Origin: Thermoanaerobaculia bacterium
Lineage (GTDB): Bacteria > Acidobacteriota > Thermoanaerobaculia > Multivoradales > Multivoraceae
NCBI GenBank assembly: GCA_963664405.1
Contig: OY761158.1
Coordinates: 1,024,001-1,088,000 of the forward strand
Reading direction: 5' to 3'
DNA length: 64,000 nucleotides
A program made the position numbers and the translations under genes. Positions 58,071-64,000 of the stretch are shown one piece after another; within the stretch, counting starts at the first letter, position 1; each line of letters opens with the position of its first letter. A model generated the notes under the pieces. The model worked only from the letters and a program-made list of their open reading frames with translations. It did not search any database and was not told the origin of the DNA.

Positions 58071-58979
58071 GTGCTACTCGACAAGCTTCTCTCGAGCCTG
58101 GATATCCATGTCGACCCCTTCTCTCTCTGCGAGGTGAGCCCTCACCTGAGACTCTCCCTCCCGGCAGCGGATCGGGTCATGCTCCACTTCGTGCTCAGCG
58201 GCTCAGGCATCCTTCGATCGGCCGCCGGAGCTGAGCAGCGGCTGCAGCGCTGCACTCTCGCCGTGGTGCCCAAAGGAGTGCAGCACTCGCTCGAGTCGAC
58301 AAAGGAGATTACGCAGGTATGCATCGTCGATCCAGAAGCGGAGATCATGCCGATCGCCCCAGTGATCTCCTCCGGATCGAAACATCCTCCCGAGATGATC
58401 GCCGCTTGTGGTCTGGTGAAAGTACGCTTCGGCACCGCGGTCGGATTGTTCGACGAGCTCAAAGATGTCCTGATCGAGGACCTCTCCGAGATCCCACAAG
58501 TGCGGTCCGCCTTCAAAGACATCCTCGCCGAACAATGCGACCCGGGGCCAGGTAGTGAGGCGATGAAGGCGGCTTTGATGAGTCAATGCCTCGTTTATCT
58601 ATTCCGTCGCATCTGCGAGACCGGCACCTGCTCTTTGCCGTGGCTGGCAGCCTTGGAAGACGAGCGCCTGGCCAGGGCGCTGGATCGAGTTCTGCTGAAT
58701 CCCGGAGCTCCACACACCGTAGAGTCCTTGGCCGAGGTCGCATCGATGAGCCGTTCGGCCTTTGCCGAAGCCTTCACCCACTCTTTCGGCCTACCCCCGA
58801 TGGGCATGGTGCGTCGGATCCGTTTGGAGCGGGCCTGGAAGCTCTTGGAGCAACAAGCTGGGTTGCCGATACGGACCGTCGCCAGAAGGGTGGGCTTCTC
58901 TAGCCGCAGCCACTTCTCCAGGCTCTTCAAGAGCCACTTCGGTGTCTCCCCCGGTGCGAGACAGGCGATGCTGAGCTGA
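58071..58979 (+). CDS. AraC family transcriptional regulator (cupin + HTH)
   Basis: H.VL.G.G, WL.AL.D.RL..AL, P...TVESLA..A.MSRS.FA, VA.RVGF.SRSHFSR.FK..FG.SP. Confidence 0.9.
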   Translation: MLLDKLLSSLDIHVDPFSLCEVSPHLRLSLPAADRVMLHFVLSGSGILRSAAGAEQRLQRCTLAVVPKGVQHSLESTKEITQVCIVDPEAEIMPIAPVISSGSKHPPEMIAACGLVKVRFGTAVGLFDELKDVLIEDLSEIPQVRSAFKDILAEQCDPGPGSEAMKAALMSQCLVYLFRRICETGTCSLPWLAALEDERLARALDRVLLNPGAPHTVESLAEVASMSRSAFAEAFTHSFGLPPMGMVRRIRLERAWKLLEQQAGLPIRTVARRVGFSSRSHFSRLFKSHFGVSPGARQAMLS

Positions 58980-59001
58980 CGGTCTCGGAACCGAGTTCCT
59001 C

Positions 59002-60624
59002 TTGATGAACGACCACACCAAGAGCTCAGGCTCGCATACTCAGGAGCTCCTCTCCAAGGTCTCTCGTTACGAGGCCCTTTTCGAGCTCACAGGCGTGATC
59101 AACACAGCCGGCGACATCGACGCAGTCAGCGAGGTTCTGGCCCGCCGTCTCAAGTACGTTGCCGACGTGTACTCATGGCGCTACATCTGCTTCGACGGCG
59201 ATCCGCAGGACAGCGAAGGACCGGAGCCGACTGCCATCGTGGTCGACGGGTATCGAGGGAACGCGGTCGTCATGCACTCGGTCCCTGGCGCGCTCTCGGA
59301 TCTTGAAGTAGAACTGTGGAAGGACCACAAGACGCGCATACTCTCCGGCGAGTCGATGAGGGAGGCTTTAGAGCAACTCCCTTCTCATTTTCAGAAAGAC
59401 GATCTCGAGCAGATCTCGGCCAACACTCTAGTAGAGAGCGGTAAGACCCAAGCGCTCTATCTCTTTTGCAAACGGCGCCAGCCCTTCTCCGAGCTCGACA
59501 TCAAGTGCCTCAGCATGGTCTGCAGCTTCTTCCACCGCAAGCTCCACAGGCTTTGGGAACAACAAAAGCTACGAGACCTCGAGCTGGCCTACCTCCAGCA
59601 GGAAGTCTTGTTACGGCAGAGTGAGAGGCTCGCGACTCTGGGTCGGTTGAGCGCGGGCATGGCGCACGAGCTGAACAACCCGGCGGCGGCGGCGAGACAA
59701 GGCGCCGAGCAGCTCAGAACCTCGATTGCCCGGCTCGAGCGCGCTCAATTCGCCCTCGGCGCCGCCGGCCTCTCGAGCGAACAGCAGGAGCTGGTCGCAG
59801 CCCTCGAGCAAGAGGCAGAAGCACGGGTCAAGAAGCCGAGCTCACTCGACCCCATTGCTCGCAGCGATCTCGAGCAAGAGGTCGAAGACTGGCTCGAACA
59901 GAATGGTATAGAGGAGCCCTGGGAACATGCTTCGACGCTGGTGGACATGGGACTCTGCGGCGCCGAGCTTGGCGAGCTGACCAAGAGCTTCGAGCCCTCG
60001 CTCACGCCTGTGGTCGTCGCCTACTTCAGCACCACTTTCACCGCCCTCTCCCTTCTCGAGGAGATCGGGCACGGAGCCCGTCGTATCGCCGACATCGTCA
60101 AGGCCCTCAAGGGTTACTCCTATATGGATCAGGCCCCGCTACAGTCTGTCGACGTGCGCGAGGGACTCGATGACACTCTCGTCATGCTGAGCAGCAAGCT
60201 TCGAGACGGGATCAGTGTCGAGCTCGACTACGCAGAGGACCTGCCTCGCATTCAAGGCTACGGCAGCGAGCTCAACCAGGTCTGGACCAACCTCATCGAC
60301 AACGCGATCGGCGCCATGGACGGCAAAGGCGCACTCGAGCTCAAGGCCTACCGGGACGAAGACTGGGTCATCATCGAAGTTGCGGATACTGGGCCGGGGA
60401 TCGCGATCGAGGCACAAGGCAAGATCTTCGACCCCTTCTTCACCACCAAGGCCCCTGGCGAAGGCACCGGACTCGGTCTCAACATCAGTCACGGCATCAT
60501 CGTCGAGAAGCACCTGGGGCAGATCTCGGTCGACTCGAAACCGGGCGCGACGCGCTTCAGAGTCAAGCTTCCGATCACCATTTCGACCCCTTCCAACGAC
60601 ACTTCCTCAGCTGACACTTCATAG
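59002..60624 (+). CDS. Sensor histidine kinase with GAF-like N-terminus
   Basis: [42 protein letters not shown]. Confidence 0.92.
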   Translation: MMNDHTKSSGSHTQELLSKVSRYEALFELTGVINTAGDIDAVSEVLARRLKYVADVYSWRYICFDGDPQDSEGPEPTAIVVDGYRGNAVVMHSVPGALSDLEVELWKDHKTRILSGESMREALEQLPSHFQKDDLEQISANTLVESGKTQALYLFCKRRQPFSELDIKCLSMVCSFFHRKLHRLWEQQKLRDLELAYLQQEVLLRQSERLATLGRLSAGMAHELNNPAAAARQGAEQLRTSIARLERAQFALGAAGLSSEQQELVAALEQEAEARVKKPSSLDPIARSDLEQEVEDWLEQNGIEEPWEHASTLVDMGLCGAELGELTKSFEPSLTPVVVAYFSTTFTALSLLEEIGHGARRIADIVKALKGYSYMDQAPLQSVDVREGLDDTLVMLSSKLRDGISVELDYAEDLPRIQGYGSELNQVWTNLIDNAIGAMDGKGALELKAYRDEDWVIIEVADTGPGIAIEAQGKIFDPFFTTKAPGEGTGLGLNISHGIIVEKHLGQISVDSKPGATRFRVKLPITISTPSNDTSSADTS

Positions 60625-60628
60625 GACA

Positions 60629-62287
60629 ATGGCCAGACCCATCATCCTCACCGTCGACGACGAAGAACAGGTGCGCAACGCGGTCGATCGCGACCTGAGA
60701 CGGCACTTCCGCGGCGACTTTCGGATCCTCAAGGCAAGCTCGGGCGCCGAGGGGCTCGAGACCCTGCATCGCCTCAAACAGCGAAACGACGCCGTGGCGC
60801 TCTTTCTGGTCGATCAGCGAATGCCCGAGATGAGTGGTACCGAGTTCCTCTCCGAAGCCTGCGAGATCTATCCCGAGGCGCGCAAGGTCCTGCTCACCGC
60901 CTACGCGGATACCGACGCGGCAATCGCGGCCATCAACGAGGTGGGGCTCGACCACTACCTGATGAAGCCTTGGACACCGGCCGAGGAGCACCTCTATCCG
61001 ATCCTCGACGACCTCATCAACGACTGGCAGGCAACCGCTTCGATCCCCTACGAAGGAATCCGAGTAGCCGGAACGCTGTGGTCGGCCAGCTCCCACAGCA
61101 TCAAAGACTTCTTAGCCCGCAGCCAGATCCCCTACCAGTTCCTCGACATCGAGCGAGACGCGGAGGCGCGCGCCCTGGTTGAACAGACCGACAATGAAAG
61201 CTATCGACTGCCGGTGATCTTCTTTCCGGACGGAACGGTGCTGATCGAGCCCAGCTTGACCGAAGTCGCCGAGAAGGCGGGGCTTCAGACGCAGGCCACC
61301 AAGCCTTTCTACGACCTGATCGTGGTCGGCGCCGGTCCGGCGGGTTTGGCTGCGGCTGTCTACGGCTCATCCGAGGGCGTAAACACCCTACTCGTCGAAC
61401 GAGAAACACCAGGAGGCCAAGCGGGAACGAGTGCGAAAATCGAGAACTACCTCGGGTTCCCCAATGGGTTGAGCGGAGCCGACCTCGCCCGGCGAGCCAC
61501 CGCGCAGGCATCCCGTTTCGGCACCGAGATTCTCACCACTCAAGAGGTCTTGAGCATAGATGTTCGTGATCCCTATCGTGTCGTGACGCTTGCCGACGGG
61601 TCCGAGATCGCCTGCCGAGCGTTGGTCATCGCCACCGGGGTCTCGGTCCGTAAGCTCGACGTTCCCGGAGTCGACAAGGTCACAGGCGCCGGCGTTTACT
61701 ATGGGGCCGCGCGAACCGAAGCCGCCAGCTACCAAGGCAAGCACGTCTTCGTCGTCGGAGGAGCGAATTCCGCCGGCCAGGGAGCGGTCTTCTTGTCGCG
61801 ATACGCAGAGCGGGTGTCGATACTGGTTCGCGGCTCCCTCGACAAGAGCATGTCGAGGTATCTGATCGAGCAGATCGAGCGACGCGACAACATCGACGTT
61901 GAGCTGGGAGCCGAGATCGTCGAGGTTCACGGCGGCGACCGCCTCGAAGCGATTACGATTCGCAATCGTGAGACCGGCGAGACTCGAGAGCAGCCGGCAC
62001 CTGCGATATTCGTCTACATCGGTGCGTCACCCCATACCGAGATGCTCGGGGATCTCATCGCAATGAGCCCAACCGGCTTCGTTCTGACCGGGCCGGATCT
62101 CTCGATCGACGGCCAGCGGCCCGCCGGGTGGAAGCTCAAGAGGAATCCCTATCTAATGGAAACCAACGTGCCTGGCATTTTTGCCGCCGGCGACGTGCGC
62201 CACGGAGTCATTCGTCGAGTCGCCTCGGCAGTCGGACAGGGATCGGCAGCCATTAGCTTCGTGCACGAATACTTGAAGACAGTCTAA
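60629..62287 (+). CDS. Response regulator receiver domain fused to thioredoxin reductase-like FAD oxidoreductase
   Basis: VDD, DQRMP, LTAY, KPW (REC); GAGPAG, GGQ...S..IENYLGFP, ATG, GG.NSA, T..PG.FAAGD. Confidence 0.92.
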   Translation: MARPIILTVDDEEQVRNAVDRDLRRHFRGDFRILKASSGAEGLETLHRLKQRNDAVALFLVDQRMPEMSGTEFLSEACEIYPEARKVLLTAYADTDAAIAAINEVGLDHYLMKPWTPAEEHLYPILDDLINDWQATASIPYEGIRVAGTLWSASSHSIKDFLARSQIPYQFLDIERDAEARALVEQTDNESYRLPVIFFPDGTVLIEPSLTEVAEKAGLQTQATKPFYDLIVVGAGPAGLAAAVYGSSEGVNTLLVERETPGGQAGTSAKIENYLGFPNGLSGADLARRATAQASRFGTEILTTQEVLSIDVRDPYRVVTLADGSEIACRALVIATGVSVRKLDVPGVDKVTGAGVYYGAARTEAASYQGKHVFVVGGANSAGQGAVFLSRYAERVSILVRGSLDKSMSRYLIEQIERRDNIDVELGAEIVEVHGGDRLEAITIRNRETGETREQPAPAIFVYIGASPHTEMLGDLIAMSPTGFVLTGPDLSIDGQRPAGWKLKRNPYLMETNVPGIFAAGDVRHGVIRRVASAVGQGSAAISFVHEYLKTV

Positions 62288-62350
62288 GAAGCGAACACCC
62301 ACGAATCGACCCCGTCCGGTCCACATCTGGACCGTGGCACGAGGAGAGCC

Positions 62351-62920
62351 ATGAAACGTAAAACCCAGGTTGAGTATGACGACGCGTCACCCGAGGTTCG
62401 CGCCCTCTACGACGAGATTATGGACACGATGGGCGTACCCACAGTACTCAACTCTCTCAAAGCCCTCGGCCACAATGGGCACGCACTTCGTGCGGTCTGG
62501 TCGATGCTCAAGGAGACGCTGATCGAAGGTGAGATTCCGGCGCTGTTGAAACAGCTGATCCTGTTCAAGATCTCGATCGTCGCCGGCAACGAGTACTGTA
62601 CGGCACTCCACGGCCATGCGGCGTTGAATCTCGACCCCACCCTGACCTACGACGATCTGGTCGCCCTCTCCGGAGGTGCCTGTAGCGCGAATCTCCCGCC
62701 TTCGTTCCCAGTGGCGATCGACATCGTCTTTCGCGCTTCGCTCGAGTCCAAGAGCGTCGAGGATGCGGACTGGGATTTCGAGGATCAGCTCAGAGACGAG
62801 GGCTTCTCAGAGAGCGAGATCGACGAGCTCCTTGCCATAGGGTTCTTGAGCGTTATGTTGAACATGCTTACCGACACCTACGACGTGCCCTGGGAGAATC
62901 CCTTTCCACCTTCGGACTGA
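62351..62920 (+). CDS. Carboxymuconolactone decarboxylase/AhpD-like protein
   Basis: A..EV...Y.EI, LK.LI...S....EYC..LH, LR..GFS..EI.EL. Confidence 0.75.
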   Translation: MKRKTQVEYDDASPEVRALYDEIMDTMGVPTVLNSLKALGHNGHALRAVWSMLKETLIEGEIPALLKQLILFKISIVAGNEYCTALHGHAALNLDPTLTYDDLVALSGGACSANLPPSFPVAIDIVFRASLESKSVEDADWDFEDQLRDEGFSESEIDELLAIGFLSVMLNMLTDTYDVPWENPFPPSD

Positions 62921-62926
62921 GACTTC

Positions 62927-64000
62927 GTGAGCACGCTCAGACGCATCCTGATCAGCAACCGCGGCGAGATCGCGATAAGGATCGCCAAGGCCGCATCCGC
63001 CCTTGGATTGGACTCGGTCGGCGTCTACGCCCCTGTCGACTCTCTCTCCCTCCACACTCGCTTCACCACGGAGGCCCACAGAATCGGCGGATCGCAGGCT
63101 AAAGACGGAAACTCCGTTGGCGCCTACCTGAACGCCGAAGCGCTCATTGAGACCGCTAAGGCGAGCGGATGTGACGCGGTCCATCCCGGCTATGGTTTCC
63201 TCGCAGAGAACGCCGAATTCGCAGAGCGATGCGCCTCGGCAGGCCTGACCTTCATCGGGCCACTACCAGCGGCGCTCCGCCTCTTCGGCGACAAAGTTCG
63301 AGCCCGCATGCTCGCGCAATCGCTCGGCATTCCGGTCGTCACGGGAAGCGATCAGGCCCTGACATCGGCAAGCGAGGCCGCCGACCTCGGGCGCGAGCTT
63401 GGTTACCCGGTCATGCTCAAGGCGTCGGCTGGTGGAGGTGGCCGCGGAATGCGCGAGGTGGCCAGGGCCGAAGAGATGGCCGAGGCCTTCGAGCGCTGTC
63501 GCAGCGAAGCGGAGGCTGCTTTCGGAAACGGCGCTCTGTTCGTGGAGAAGCTCATCGCTCGGCCCCGCCACATCGAGGTGCAGATCCTGGCGGACTCACT
63601 GGGTAACGTGATCCACCTTCACGAACGGGACTGTTCGATTCAGCTACGAAACCAGAAGGTCGTTGAAGTGGCCCCGGCGCCGGAGCTCGAGACCGGCCTC
63701 CGAGAGAAGATCCTGGCCGACGCGATCAAGCTCGTCCAGGCCGCAGACTACGCCAATGCAGGAACCGTCGAGTTCCTCGTCTCTCCTGAAACCGGCGAGC
63801 ACTTCTTCATCGAGTGCAACCCGCGGATCCAGGTCGAGCACACAGTCACCGAGCAGGTCACCGGCATCGACATCGTCGAGGCGCAGATCCAAATCGCGTC
63901 AGGAGCCTCACTGGCGTCCTTGGGCCTCGGCGACCAGCATTCCGTAGGCGACCCGCTGGGCTTCGCCGTGCAGGCCAGAGTCGTCGCTCGAGGTCCCGGC
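62927..64000 (+). CDS. Biotin carboxylase domain protein (acyl-CoA/pyruvate carboxylase-like), runs off window end
   Basis: RILISNRGEIA, YL, HPGYGFLAEN, GGGGRGM, RHIEVQ, ERDCSIQ, GTVEFL, FIECNPRIQVEH.VTE; absent from the ORF track because it has no stop in the window. Confidence 0.92.
   Translation, partial: MSTLRRILISNRGEIAIRIAKAASALGLDSVGVYAPVDSLSLHTRFTTEAHRIGGSQAKDGNSVGAYLNAEALIETAKASGCDAVHPGYGFLAENAEFAERCASAGLTFIGPLPAALRLFGDKVRARMLAQSLGIPVVTGSDQALTSASEAADLGRELGYPVMLKASAGGGGRGMREVARAEEMAEAFERCRSEAEAAFGNGALFVEKLIARPRHIEVQILADSLGNVIHLHERDCSIQLRNQKVVEVAPAPELETGLREKILADAIKLVQAADYANAGTVEFLVSPETGEHFFIECNPRIQVEHTVTEQVTGIDIVEAQIQIASGASLASLGLGDQHSVGDPLGFAVQARVVARGPG

Noticed and set aside
60215-60628. 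N-terminal extension of the 690 aa REC-TrxR ORF
   Set aside because: It overlaps the kinase in another frame; the REC domain begins at ATG 60629

Overview
High-GC bacterial genomic window, probably Acidobacteriota/Thermoanaerobaculia-like (inferred from gene content only). No rRNA, tRNA or CRISPR array was seen. It holds about 50 CDS. These include a sulfatase-like lipoprotein, a GT4+WcaJ pair and a PQQ dehydrogenase. A long block of envelope genes includes RND efflux, DUF3604-PPIase-HupE/UreJ, three DUF4136, DUF481, beta-barrels and AI-2E/TolC/HlyD/DUF2955. There are also three paralogs of an uncharacterised secreted 'EYACHEGN' family, catabolic oxidoreductases/CoA enzymes, an HUH (RAYT-like) transposase, and a histidine kinase / REC-thioredoxin reductase-like / AhpD-like operon. 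The most unusual signals are non-coding. (i) Nine loci of polarised (AGTAAGC)n/(GCTTACT)n heptamer tracts sit at gene junctions between 5.5 and 33.4 kb; they supply stop codons and apparently signal-peptide cores to neighbouring genes. (ii) A family of ~140-170 bp fold-back elements has (C)TAG ends. (iii) A 33 bp fused-TIR IS footprint has an 8 bp target duplication. Several decayed genes are missed or split by the ORF track (serpin, TetR, cardiolipin synthase, pentein enzyme). All domain calls come from motif recognition by eye, not database searches.
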